32,000 nt of DNA from Microcystis aeruginosa NIES-2549 (GCF_000981785.2 NZ_CP011304.1:4262214-4294213), one strand, 5' to 3'. Shown: positions 1 through 9,038, numbered from the stretch's first letter. Numbers and translations are program-made. The notes: generated by a model from the letters alone, not told the origin.

Positions 1-150
1 CTCCTCATCGCTGACATCAGCAGTACGCTGAACGATGAGAGTAATATCATGATTTTTGCTGAGATATTTGAGTAAATTAAAAGTTCTGCCCTGAGTTCCT
101 CCTTTGCTAGGTGGATAGGGAAAGGTGGAACTAATCATTAAGATATTCAT
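1..150 (-). CDS. glycosyltransferase (GT-B / family 4-like), first 50 codons only; the gene runs off the window start
   Basis: Manual minus-strand translation from the ATG at 150-148 gives MNILMISSTFPYPPSKGGTQGRTFNLLKYLSKNHDITLIVQRTADVSDEE, a typical GT4 N-terminus. It is the last gene of the minus-strand operon GT2-gmd-GT4 and starts 2 nt after the gmd stop. Confidence 0.6.
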   Translation of the reverse strand, partial: MNILMISSTFPYPPSKGGTQGRTFNLLKYLSKNHDITLIVQRTADVSDEE

Positions 151-152
151 AG

Positions 153-1112
153 CTATTCCTCTAAACGATTTTCTACCATCATGCGGACAATATCGGTCAT
201 TTTGTATCGTGCTTGCCAACCTAATTTTTCCTTAGCTTTGTGGGGATTGCCGCGACTAATGGCTAAATCTGTTGGTCTTAATAAACTTCGATCAGAAATT
301 ACATGATCTTGCCAATTTAAGCCAACAGTAGCAAAAGCTGTGGCGACAAAATCCTCTAGTTTTGAACTTTCTCCCGTGGCAATGACGTAATCATCGGGTT
401 GCTCCTGTTGCAACATTAAATACATCGCTTCAACGTACTCCGGCGCCCAACCCCAATCCCTTTGAATGTCCATATTCCCTAAGTGTAAAGTATCGGGACT
501 TCCCCGGGCAATTTTAGCCACGGCAGCGATAATTTTTTGGGTAACAAAGCGCTCGGGGCGTAGGGGAGATTCATGATTGAAAAGTATGCCTGAACAGGCA
601 AAAATTCCGTAGGCTTCTCGATAATTGGCTACTTCCCAAAAAGCCGCCGATTTGGCAACAGCGTAGGGACTGCGAGGACGAAAAGGGGTATTTTCGTCGG
701 CAGAATTATCGCCGATATCCCCGAAACATTCACTCGATCCCGCATTATATAATTTAATTTTTGCTCCGGTAAATCGAATTGCTTCTAAGAGATTTAAGGT
801 TCCCGTGGCAATACTTTCTAAGGTTTCCACTGGCTGCTCAAAAGATAAACCCACAGAACTTTGTCCAGCCAAATTATAGACCTCATCGGGCTGAATTTTA
901 ATTAACACCTGTAGGACACTGCGAAAGTCATTTAGTGCCATTGATTCTAGTTTTACCTGTTCCTTGATTCCCAAACGTTTCAGATTACTAAAAGAGGACA
1001 TTTGGGCATCCCGGGAGGTGCCACAAACTGTATAGCCAGCTTTTAACAGTAATTCGGCGAGGTAGGCTCCATCCTGCCCCGATATACCACAAATTAACGC
1101 TTTTTTACTCAT
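153..1112 (-). CDS. gmd: GDP-mannose 4,6-dehydratase
   Basis: 319-aa ORF with a Rossmann motif (GISGQDGAYLAELLL), a YAVAK (YxxxK) catalytic motif and a short-chain dehydratase layout, colinear with Gmd over its whole length. Confidence 0.92.
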   Translation of the reverse strand: MSKKALICGISGQDGAYLAELLLKAGYTVCGTSRDAQMSSFSNLKRLGIKEQVKLESMALNDFRSVLQVLIKIQPDEVYNLAGQSSVGLSFEQPVETLESIATGTLNLLEAIRFTGAKIKLYNAGSSECFGDIGDNSADENTPFRPRSPYAVAKSAAFWEVANYREAYGIFACSGILFNHESPLRPERFVTQKIIAAVAKIARGSPDTLHLGNMDIQRDWGWAPEYVEAMYLMLQQEQPDDYVIATGESSKLEDFVATAFATVGLNWQDHVISDRSLLRPTDLAISRGNPHKAKEKLGWQARYKMTDIVRMMVENRLEE

Positions 1113-1126
1113 TTATTTACAATAAT

Positions 1127-2056
1127 TTACTTTTGAGGGTTTAACATCGCCTTGGCGGCTTCGCTTAAATAACCGATTTGTCCATAGGCATAGAGAAGAT
1201 TATCAAAGCTTTTAGCGGGATCATTGATAAATTTGACAGATTTAACCAATCCTCTCACCAAACGCTCACCTCCTCGCCCAAATTGAGCCAATCCCGTCTT
1301 TCCTGCCACTTCTTCCCGGTAGTGTTCGCTGATGCCTTGCCACCAACTGCGACGCATAAACCATTGACGATTGATTCTTTCCGGGGCAACATTGTGTTCC
1401 ACCAATGCTGCGGGAAAATAGCCTACTTGCCATCCCTGGGCGAGTGCTAGTTCTGTAGTGTATAATTCCTCGTTAGAAAGAAGTTTTTTACCAATTCTTC
1501 CCAAATTAGGGTCAAAACCGCCAATCTTCTCCCAGAAATCTCGCCGGATTGAGTAATTAACCCCTCGCGGAGTTAAATCCGCCTGGCTGATATATACCAC
1601 ATTGTCGCCCAAATCGAAGGCCCCTAAACCACCGGCTAACTGATCGGATAACCAATTGGGTTGACTGTAGCCTTGCGGCCAAATTAAGGTGACTTTTCCC
1701 CCAGCTACTGCCAGTTTTTGGTTATTTTCGTAGGCATTTAACAGAATTTGCAACCATTGAGGACTAGCGATCGCATCGTCATCCAAATAGGCTAAAATCG
1801 GCGCTCTAGTTTCCTTCGCCCCGCGATTTCTGGCGGTAGATAGCCCTAAAATAGGTTCGTAAACGTATTTTAGCCGCCCATCTCCCAGACGCGACTCGAC
1901 CACCTGACGGGTTTTATCGGTAGATGCGTTATCAACCACTAAAATCTCACAATCTGGGCAAGTTTGCGCCAAAAGACTATCGATCGCTGCTGCTAGGTAG
2001 TGATCGCGGTTGTAGGTACAGATAATCCCTGCTATTTTAGGAGCCATGGCTATCAA
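1127..2056 (-). CDS. glycosyltransferase family 2
   Basis: N-terminal GT-A signature (IICTYNRDHYL..., VVDNASTDKT) and a DxD motif (LDDDA). The true start may be the internal MAPK a few codons downstream. Confidence 0.85.
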   Translation of the reverse strand: MIAMAPKIAGIICTYNRDHYLAAAIDSLLAQTCPDCEILVVDNASTDKTRQVVESRLGDGRLKYVYEPILGLSTARNRGAKETRAPILAYLDDDAIASPQWLQILLNAYENNQKLAVAGGKVTLIWPQGYSQPNWLSDQLAGGLGAFDLGDNVVYISQADLTPRGVNYSIRRDFWEKIGGFDPNLGRIGKKLLSNEELYTTELALAQGWQVGYFPAALVEHNVAPERINRQWFMRRSWWQGISEHYREEVAGKTGLAQFGRGGERLVRGLVKSVKFINDPAKSFDNLLYAYGQIGYLSEAAKAMLNPQK

Positions 2057-2123
2057 GGTTACTCATTCAATACCCTAAAACTTAACATTCCTTTGCAAAA
2101 ATGTAAAAATGCTTTTTTAACCC

Positions 2124-2159
2124 GGAGACAGGAGACTCCGAGACAGGAGACAGGAGATT
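2124..2159. repeat. short tandem heptamer repeat (GGAGACA-type, STRR-like)
   Basis: Reads ggagaca ggagact cc gagaca ggagaca ggagatt directly. A related patch lies at about 10523-10550. Confidence 0.6.
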
Positions 2160-2165
2160 GCTTTT

Positions 2166-2271
2166 TACTGATAGCGTTTCTCGTAAAGATGAAGTATAAC
2201 CTAATTTGGTATTGACGACCGACTGCCCAAAAGGAAAACTTCCTATCTCACCATTAAGATAACTGCTATAA
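2166..2271. repeat. about 106-bp repeat, left arm of an inverted pair flanking the GT2 gene
   Basis: The reverse complement of 2166-2271 aligns with 3305-3410. Identical blocks include ttatagcagttatctta, taggaagtttt, ataccaaattaggtta and acttcatcttt. Roughly 80 percent identity by eye. Confidence 0.8.
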
Positions 2272-2280
2272 CACTCTCCA

Positions 2281-2308
2281 CTGATAACTGATTACTGATT
2301 ACTGAAAA
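2281..2308. repeat. heptamer tandem repeat (CTGATAA-type)
   Basis: Reads ctgataa ctgatta ctgatta ctgaaaa, immediately upstream of the GT2 start codon. Confidence 0.8.
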
Positions 2309-2312
2309 TATT

Positions 2313-3296
2313 ATGCCGAAAGTAACTGTTTGTATTCCCACCTATAACCGCGCCGATTATCTCAGCTATTCGATTAATAGTGTCTTGGGGCAGACTTATG
2401 AAGATTTTGAGTTAATTGTTTGTGATGATGGTTCTTCTGATCGTACCCCAGAAGTGGTGACAGCATTTCAGGATTCGAGAATAATTTATCTGCGTCATCC
2501 CCAAAATCTTGGCAGAAGTTTAAATATGCGATCGGGTTTTACGGCTGCTCGGGGAGAATATTTTATTAAATTCGATGATGATGATGGACTAACTCCCGAA
2601 TTTTTAGCGAAAACTGTCCCTATTTTAGATCAAGAAAAAAACGTTGATTTTGTCTGTACCGATCACTGGATTATTGATAAATTTGGACAAAAAGTTACGG
2701 CTGCCACCCAAGAAAATTCAGCCAAATGGGGCAAGGACAGATTACAAAAAGGGATTATTCCCGATTTAGAAAGACAAACTTTTTCCTATCAAAGTTTACA
2801 GGTGGGTTCGACTCTTTTTCGTTATCAATCCTTAGCCGATGTGGATTATATGCGCCCTCAAGCGGATGGTTGTGAAGATTTTGATTTATTAGTGCGTTTA
2901 GCCTTAGTGGGAAAACAAGCTTATTTTCTGCCAGAATTATTAATGGAATATCGTTTTCATGGCGGTCAAACTAGCTTAAAACAAGCGGTTCACTTTTTGC
3001 AAGCAAAATTGTTTTGTACGGAAAGTTATCAATTTAATGATCTAAAATTAGAAGAAGAAAGAGTAAAAAAGGCGGCTTTTTTACAGGAATCTTTGGGAAT
3101 AAAATTAATTGAAAAGGGAGAAACCGAAGCTGGGCGATTTTTAATAGAAAAAGCCTCGAAATTGTCAGGAAAATCCCGACGAGCTAGACTGGGTTTACTG
3201 CTTTCCTATTTACCTCTAAACTTGAGACAATTGGCTTTTCAAGGTTTCCGTCAACTACGTCCTAAAGATTACGCTGAACAGGTCAGAGCCGTATAA
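2313..3296 (+). CDS. glycosyltransferase family 2
   Basis: GT-A signature (VCIPTYNRADYL, CDDGSSDRT) and a DxD motif (FDDDD). 327-aa ORF. Confidence 0.85.
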   Translation: MPKVTVCIPTYNRADYLSYSINSVLGQTYEDFELIVCDDGSSDRTPEVVTAFQDSRIIYLRHPQNLGRSLNMRSGFTAARGEYFIKFDDDDGLTPEFLAKTVPILDQEKNVDFVCTDHWIIDKFGQKVTAATQENSAKWGKDRLQKGIIPDLERQTFSYQSLQVGSTLFRYQSLADVDYMRPQADGCEDFDLLVRLALVGKQAYFLPELLMEYRFHGGQTSLKQAVHFLQAKLFCTESYQFNDLKLEEERVKKAAFLQESLGIKLIEKGETEAGRFLIEKASKLSGKSRRARLGLLLSYLPLNLRQLAFQGFRQLRPKDYAEQVRAV

Positions 3297-3304
3297 ACTA
3301 TAAC

Positions 3305-3410
3305 TTATAGCAGTTATCTTATCTGGTTGGGTAGGAAGTTTTCGTTTTGGAGAGTGGGTTTTCCATACCAAATTAGGTTACACTTCATCTTTGTGACCAA
3401 CGCTACCAGT
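3305..3410. repeat. about 106-bp repeat, right arm of the inverted pair flanking the GT2 gene
   Basis: See 2166-2271. It begins 9 nt after the GT2 stop codon. Confidence 0.8.
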
Positions 3411-3428
3411 TTTTTAATTTAACTATCT

Positions 3429-3785
3429 ATGGATACTATTCACGTTACAGGAATTCGTGCCTACGGTTACACAGGATATCTGGCCGAAGAACAGGTTTTA
3501 GGTCAATGGTTTGAGGTGGATTTATCCCTAGAAGTTGATATCAGCATTGCTGGCAAAAGTGACGCAATTGAAGATACTCTAGATTATCGACAGGCGATCG
3601 AAATTGTCAAACACCAGATTGAAACCAGCAAATTTGCCCTCGTGGAAAAATTGGCCACGGTTATCGCTGAGGATATCCTAAAACTCGAGGGAGTGCGACA
3701 GGTAAGAGTACAATTATCAAAACCCGCCGCCCCAATTCCCAACTTTACCGGTAAAATCACCATCGATATCACTAGATCTCGTTGA
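3429..3785 (+). CDS. folB: dihydroneopterin aldolase
   Basis: 118 aa, with the FolB pattern IHVTGIRAYGYTGYLAEEQVLGQWFEVDL...DTLDYRQA...VEKLA. Confidence 0.88.
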   Translation: MDTIHVTGIRAYGYTGYLAEEQVLGQWFEVDLSLEVDISIAGKSDAIEDTLDYRQAIEIVKHQIETSKFALVEKLATVIAEDILKLEGVRQVRVQLSKPAAPIPNFTGKITIDITRSR

Positions 3786-4314
3786 GTTTACGCGTATTAT
3801 CGACTAAACTTTGCGCAAAAGCGTCAAAACGTTGGGAAAGCTTCTCGTCAAGGATTTTTCCTTCTTCGTTGAAGACTTTCCACGCTTGTCCTAAGCTAAT
3901 TTGTTCCGGAATTACCCAAGCATGAACCCAACGGAGAATTATTCTTAAATCATTGAGGGCGTTACTATTGGATTGGCCGCCTAAAACACTGATTAACCCG
4001 GCAACCTTTCCCGATAACTCCTCAAAACTCATTAAATCTAGGGCATTCTTCATCACACCACTGACACTACCATGATATTCCGGTGTCGCCAAAATTAATC
4101 CTGCTGCCGATTTAACCGTTTGCTGCATTTTGGCTACATCGGGATAGTCAGAATAGTCATCTCCCCCGTTACAGAAGGGTAAAGAGAGTTTTCTTAGGTC
4201 AATTATCTCCGTTTCTACTCCTAACGCCCCTAATCGACTGATAGCAACTTCTAACGCCATCGCACTATAGGATCCGCTGCGTAAACTGCCATTAATACCA
4301 ACGATTTTGATCAT
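3772..4314 (-). CDS. NADPH-dependent FMN reductase family oxidoreductase
   Basis: Flavodoxin-like N-terminus (KIVGINGSLRSGSY) and the motif ATPEYHGSVSGVMKNALD. Its 3' end overlaps the folB 3' end by 14 nt (convergent genes). Confidence 0.85.
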   Translation of the reverse strand: MIKIVGINGSLRSGSYSAMALEVAISRLGALGVETEIIDLRKLSLPFCNGGDDYSDYPDVAKMQQTVKSAAGLILATPEYHGSVSGVMKNALDLMSFEELSGKVAGLISVLGGQSNSNALNDLRIILRWVHAWVIPEQISLGQAWKVFNEEGKILDEKLSQRFDAFAQSLVDNTRKLNEI

Positions 4315-4475
4315 AGAACTTATACAAACTCATAACGACTACATATAAGCTAACAAAAAAAGAGACAATTGGGGCAAGCTTAGTTAAAAAAATATGTCGA
4401 TGGGGCGGAGGGAGCGATCGATCTAAGTTTTAATGGGAGTAGAAAGAAAGATTTATTCCATTTCCCCTGATTGCC

Positions 4476-4802
4476 ATGCCAGAATTTCTCGATTTTCTCA
4501 AACATAAATATGCCTATGTGGCTATTGGTGAATTCAAACCGGGGTGTTTTTCCGAGGCCCAAAAACTCTACGAAAAGGCCGTTTCCACCTATTCCACGGG
4601 ATTCCAGGGGGCTTTTCTGTTGCAAAAACCCGGAACCGATGAAGGAATTGCCGTGATCATCTGGGATAAAATCGATGATATGGAGGCAAATAAAAGCGAA
4701 GCCCATGAATTATTGCTGAAATCCATGGCTCCTCTGTTTGCGAAACCGCCTGTGACCGATTTTTATGAAGTATGTAGCGAGATAGAAGGGTCCCCCATTT
4801 AG
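4476..4802 (+). CDS. hypothetical protein (small alpha+beta, ABM-like)
   Basis: 108-aa ORF with plausible codon usage. The opposite-strand ORF 4380..4706 looks like its shadow. No motif is firmly recognised. Confidence 0.5.
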   Translation: MPEFLDFLKHKYAYVAIGEFKPGCFSEAQKLYEKAVSTYSTGFQGAFLLQKPGTDEGIAVIIWDKIDDMEANKSEAHELLLKSMAPLFAKPPVTDFYEVCSEIEGSPI

Positions 4803-5407
4803 GGATAATGTTTCTTTTCGGTGGCGATTAATTTGGCGGCTAAAACCCCGCCTAGAAAACCGAATAAATGTCCTTGCCAAGAAATCCCCGGACGGGAAGG
4901 CAAAACGCCCCAAATTGTGCCACCGTAGAGTAAAAAGACTAGAATTGACAAGAGTATAGAAGGAATATTTCTTTGGAAATAGCCCCGCAGTAATAAAAAA
5001 CCTAAATAGCCAAAAATCAAGATACTTGCCCCGATATGGATGGATCCGGGAGCAGCAAATAACCAGACTCCTAACCCCCCCACCAGCATAGTCAACCCAG
5101 TCACAATAAAAAAGTCACTGGTTTCCTGTAACATCACCAACCAACCGAGAATCAGGAAAGGAACCGTATTAGCAATAAGATGGGGAAAGTCACCGTGTAG
5201 GAAAGGTGCGAAAAGAATACCCCGCAATCCGATGACTTGATGGGGAATAATCCCGAAAATGTCTAAACTGCCCCGAAAAACAAATTGATCTAAAATCTCT
5301 AACAGCCAAAAAATCGCCACAAAGGTAGCGAGGATTATTGCTTGGGTTTTTATTTCTTGCCGTGATCCTTGACTCATAAGATTGATGGATGAGCTATTTT
5401 TTCCCAT
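4799..5407 (-). CDS. rhomboid family intramembrane serine protease
   Basis: Polytopic membrane protein with the catalytic GASILIFG (GxSxxxxG) motif and the downstream H in WQGHLFGFLGG. Confidence 0.85.
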   Translation of the reverse strand: MGKNSSSINLMSQGSRQEIKTQAIILATFVAIFWLLEILDQFVFRGSLDIFGIIPHQVIGLRGILFAPFLHGDFPHLIANTVPFLILGWLVMLQETSDFFIVTGLTMLVGGLGVWLFAAPGSIHIGASILIFGYLGFLLLRGYFQRNIPSILLSILVFLLYGGTIWGVLPSRPGISWQGHLFGFLGGVLAAKLIATEKKHYP

Positions 5408-5415
5408 TTTGACTC

Positions 5416-5450
5416 TCCCCCGCTAACCGCTCGCGCGGTGTAGCGGGGGA
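5416..5450 (-). other. subterminal hairpin of the IS right end (expected 3' part of the TnpB omega-RNA region)
   Basis: tcccccgctaaccgc (5416-5430) pairs with gcggt-g-tagcggggga (5435-5450). This gives a 15-bp stem with one bulge and a 4-nt loop. It overlaps the last tnpB codons and the stop. Confidence 0.7.
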
Positions 5451-6682
5451 TTCTCGGTTCTTAGGCTTTTAACTAGATCGACCTGGTTTAACCGGTCGAT
5501 CCCCGTCAAATCGCCTCCGCGAGCGTTTTCTAACACGGTCAGTCCGACCGCGTTTTTTCCTCGGTTCTCGATTACCTTCGCTGATGCCGTATCTCTTGGT
5601 TCAATGTGGCCGCAGAAATTGCATCGGTGAACTCTTTCTGATAACGCTTTTTTGCCGGTAATCGCGCCACAATTAGGACACTCTTGCGAAGTTCCGTTTT
5701 TATCAACCTTAAGATAATATTTTCCCCGTTTCCAAACGACAAACGGTAGTATCTCGTTAATAAAACTACCGATGCCTGAATCCAGAGATTGTTTTCTAAC
5801 GATCCCTCTAGACCAGGAAACAAAGTTAATATCCTCAACGAAGATGTTATCAGCGAGATCGCAAAGGTAATGACTTAGTTTAAAGTGCCAATCTCTACGA
5901 GTATTAGACACTTTTTCGTGTAATCTTGCTATCTTCTCCTGAATTTTTAACCAATTGCTAGAGCCTTTGACTTGATGTTTCAAGCGTCTTTGTAGCAATT
6001 TAAGCTTACTCTGTACTTTCAACAAAAATCGAGGGGCTTTGATTAAATATCCCTGTGAAGTAGCGACAAAACTCTCAATTCCTGCGTCGATTCCTAAACA
6101 GGTTTTCCCAGCCGTTATATCGGGGACGGATTCTTGGGACTTAAAGGAAACCGAAACGTAAAATCCCGACGCTTTGCGGATAATTTGAGCTTGTTTAGGC
6201 TCAAACCCAGACGGGTACTCCCTAGATTTCCTAATCCGAATTTTTCCCAATTGTGGAAAATTTAAGTATTCGTCACCTAGAAAGTTTTTTGACAGCGCGG
6301 GGAAAACAAAACTTCGCATCTTTTTCTTAAATCTAGGAAAGCCGAAGCCTTTCGATTTCATGCGGTCAAACGCTTTATCTAAAGTTTTTAAGACTTGCTG
6401 TAAGACTTGAGCGTTAACCGTCTTTAATATCGGGTAAACTTTTTTAGCTTCCGTTAGATTTTTAGCTTGAACGAAGTAATTAGGATAGGGTTCATCCGCA
6501 GGAATTATGTACTCAGAAACTAGCGAACAGCGATCCGCAAGACACTTTCGAGAGTTCAACCAATCCTTCCGTTCCGAGAGCGCGTAATTGTAAACGCTCT
6601 TGCCAACATCAAGAATGTGGACGATCTCCCGTTCCTGTTGCCTGTTTACCTTTAGTTTGTACTGGTAGGTAAGCGTTATCAC
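5423..6682 (-). CDS. tnpB: RNA-guided endonuclease TnpB (IS200/IS605 OrfB)
   Basis: 419 aa with the layout N-terminal MITLTYQYKL..., a RuvC-like IDAGIESF, and the C-terminal zinc ribbon CPNCG...CNFCGHIEPRDTASAKVI. The ORF is intact. Confidence 0.9.
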   Translation of the reverse strand: MITLTYQYKLKVNRQQEREIVHILDVGKSVYNYALSERKDWLNSRKCLADRCSLVSEYIIPADEPYPNYFVQAKNLTEAKKVYPILKTVNAQVLQQVLKTLDKAFDRMKSKGFGFPRFKKKMRSFVFPALSKNFLGDEYLNFPQLGKIRIRKSREYPSGFEPKQAQIIRKASGFYVSVSFKSQESVPDITAGKTCLGIDAGIESFVATSQGYLIKAPRFLLKVQSKLKLLQRRLKHQVKGSSNWLKIQEKIARLHEKVSNTRRDWHFKLSHYLCDLADNIFVEDINFVSWSRGIVRKQSLDSGIGSFINEILPFVVWKRGKYYLKVDKNGTSQECPNCGAITGKKALSERVHRCNFCGHIEPRDTASAKVIENRGKNAVGLTVLENARGGDLTGIDRLNQVDLVKSLRTENPPLHRASG

Positions 6683-6732
6683 TGTCGTTTGTTTCGTGAT
6701 GTAGAATTAGATTATAACACTTATCGCCTAAT

Positions 6733-7163
6733 ATGTCAACCGATTATAATCATGGATTTCGCTCCGTTTATAGACTTACCGCTCATGTCGTATTCGTCAT
6801 CAAATACCGACCATTGCTATTAACAATGAAATCTTAGCCCGACTTAAAGAAATCTTGGTGTCAACGCTGACAAAATGGGAAAGCGTGTTGCTTGATTTCA
6901 ACGGTGAATCGGATCACGTTCACCGGATTATCGATTACAAACCTGAGATCGCTTTATCCAAATTAATCGCTAACCTTAAAACAGTTAGTAGTCGCTTAAT
7001 TAGAAAAGAATTTCCGTACTTAGCGGCAAAGTATTTCTACAACAAACCCTATTTTTGGACGGGAGGTTATTTCGTGGCCAGTTGTCGCGGCGTTACCATC
7101 GAACAACTAAAAAAATACGTCGATAACCAAAACTACCCGAAAGTGGAAACGCTACCGCGTTAG
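6733..7163 (+). pseudogene. tnpA: IS200/IS605 Y1 (HUH) transposase TnpA, disrupted by a 1-nt frameshift near 6811
   Basis: Frame 1 gives MSTDYNHGFRSVYRLTAHVVFVIKYRP... and stops at 6835-6837. The conserved continuation IAINNEILARLKEIL...ESDHVHRII (HUH)...KKYVDNQ (catalytic Tyr) reads in the frame starting at 6813. The two parts join only if one nucleotide is restored after cga cc. Confidence 0.8.
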
Positions 7164-7210
7164 TTTCATTCTGGTCGCGATTCATCTCGCTCCATTGAGA
7201 TAGCCCCCAG

Positions 7211-7296
7211 ATCAGTTATCAATGATTCAGTTCTCAGTTATCAGTGATTCAGTTACCAGTTATCAGGTGTGAGTTTACAGTTTACTGTTTACTGTT
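7211..7296. repeat. heptamer-periodic tandem repeat (CAGTTAT / TTACTGT-type)
   Basis: Reads atcagtt atcaatg attcagt tctcagt tatcagt gattcag ttaccag ttatcag ... tttacag tttactg tttactg. It runs into the last codons and stop of nth. Confidence 0.75.
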
Positions 7297-7941
7297 TGCT
7301 GCGGGACAAAGAGAGGCTAATTGACAGGAAAAACAAGCGGGATTTCTTGCTTTACAAACCGCCCGGCCGTGGTAAATAATACTAATAGAAAAAGTTTCCC
7401 AATCCGGTTGAGGTAGTAAAGCCATTAAATCCCGTTCAATTTTCACCGGATCGTTATTAGTAGTTAAACCCAAACGATTACTTAAGCGCTTAACGTGGGT
7501 ATCTACTGTCACCCCCTCAATAATCGCGTAAGCGTGAGCAAGTACCACATTAGCCGTTTTTCTAGCTACTCCGGGTAAAGTTAATAATTCCTCCATTGTC
7601 TTGGGTACTTCCCCCTGAAAATCCTTAAGAATTTTTTGACAAGCACCCTGAATATTTTTGGCTTTATTGCGATAGAATCCCGTGGAACGAATCAGAGTTT
7701 CTAACTCCTCTCGCTCGGCAAAAGCTAAGGATTTAGCATCGGGAAAACGAGCAAATAAAGCAGGAGTCACCTTATTTACCCGCTCATCAGTGCATTGTGC
7801 CGAGAGGATCACTGCCACCAATAACTGCACGGGAGTTTGATAATTTAAGCTACAGGTTGCCTCTGGATATAATCGCTTTAAGTTGCTTAAAATCTCTAGG
7901 ACGTGCAGTTGAAGCTGAGTTTTTTTTCGAGGGGCCATCAC
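7282..7941 (-). CDS. nth: endonuclease III (DNA glycosylase/AP lyase)
   Basis: HhH motif (LPGVARKTANVVL), catalytic K/D region, and a C-terminal 4Fe-4S ligand pattern C-x6-C-x2-C-x5-C (CKARNPACFSCQLASLC). Confidence 0.92.
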   Translation of the reverse strand: MMAPRKKTQLQLHVLEILSNLKRLYPEATCSLNYQTPVQLLVAVILSAQCTDERVNKVTPALFARFPDAKSLAFAEREELETLIRSTGFYRNKAKNIQGACQKILKDFQGEVPKTMEELLTLPGVARKTANVVLAHAYAIIEGVTVDTHVKRLSNRLGLTTNNDPVKIERDLMALLPQPDWETFSISIIYHGRAVCKARNPACFSCQLASLCPAANSKQ

Positions 7942-9038
7942 TGGAATAAATCCTGAAAAACTGCTAGGTTAGCCGTGTCGCGCACGATTAAGAAAACTCC
8001 TAATCCTAAGAGTAAAACTAGACCTGTTTGCATGATGTTATCTTGCAGTTTAGTTGGGAGAGGTTTACCTACTAAAGCCTCGATTAATAAAAATACCAAC
8101 TGACCACCATCAAGAGCAGGTAAAGGCAGAATATTAATCACCGCTAAGTTAATACTAATTAGGGCGGCAAATTGAAAAAGATTACCCGCATCATTACGAG
8201 CGATTGCTGCTCCGTATTCAACAATTTTAACCGGTCCGGCTACCTGTTGAACATTTTCTTTAAAGTTACTAAATAACTGCCCAAAACCTTGAATGGTTAA
8301 TAGGATTAATCGTTGAAATTCACCCGCACCCAAGCTAAAAGCTTGACCAAAATTATCGGCTTTCAGGTGAGTTTCTTCACCGTTAGGAGCCAATCTCACC
8401 CCAATTTTACCCTGACCATCACTGCCCAATTCAGGAGTAACAATTAAATCGAGAGTTTCTGTGGGGCGTTTGATGGTTAATTTTAGGGGTTGATCGGGGG
8501 AAGATTGAATAATGTCACGGAAGTCAATAACGGCATTTTGAGAAGCACCAAGGGGCTGATCATTGATAGCGAGAACAATATCACCCGCTTTCATTCCCGC
8601 TTGTTTAGCGACGGAATTTTCAGCAGTGAAAACCTCTGGAATAATTACCCCTTCTTGATAGTTAATTTGGGGAAAACCCACCGTAGCGACTTGGGTAACA
8701 AGCAAAAAATAGGCAAAAATTAAATTAGCAATTACTCCCGCACTAATGACGATAGCTCGATCGAAAACGGGACGATTGCGTAATAAATCAGGATCGTTAT
8801 TGGGAATTTGACTATCGGGATCGTCATCGGGAAAACCAACGTAACCCCCTAAAGGAATGGCGCGGAGGGCGTATTCTGTTTCTTTACCTTGATATTTAGC
8901 TAAAGCTGGACCAAAACCGATGGAAAAGCGATTAACATGGATAGATTGCCAACGAGCAGCGGCAAAATGACCTAATTCGTGAACGACAATTAATAGGGCA
9001 AGGACACCGATCGCTATTAAAACTGACATGATGATCAA
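7938..9038 (-). CDS. rseP: RIP site-2 metalloprotease RseP family
   Basis: HELGH zinc motif in the first TM helix, a central PDZ-like segment (GDIVLAIND) and the NILPLPALDGG motif. It overlaps nth by 4 nt, suggesting an operon. Confidence 0.9.
   Translation of the reverse strand: MIIMSVLIAIGVLALLIVVHELGHFAAARWQSIHVNRFSIGFGPALAKYQGKETEYALRAIPLGGYVGFPDDDPDSQIPNNDPDLLRNRPVFDRAIVISAGVIANLIFAYFLLVTQVATVGFPQINYQEGVIIPEVFTAENSVAKQAGMKAGDIVLAINDQPLGASQNAVIDFRDIIQSSPDQPLKLTIKRPTETLDLIVTPELGSDGQGKIGVRLAPNGEETHLKADNFGQAFSLGAGEFQRLILLTIQGFGQLFSNFKENVQQVAGPVKIVEYGAAIARNDAGNLFQFAALISINLAVINILPLPALDGGQLVFLLIEALVGKPLPTKLQDNIMQTGLVLLLGLGVFLIVRDTANLAVFQDLFQ

Larger units (their letters stand above)
5411..7215 (-). 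mobile_element. IS200/IS605-family insertion sequence (divergent tnpA / tnpB); the boundaries are approximate
   Basis: Contains tnpB (5423..6682, minus) and a Y1 tnpA (6733..7163, plus) separated by 50 bp. A strong subterminal hairpin sits at the tnpB 3' end. The right boundary is not resolved and lies before the heptamer repeats at 7211. Confidence 0.7.
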
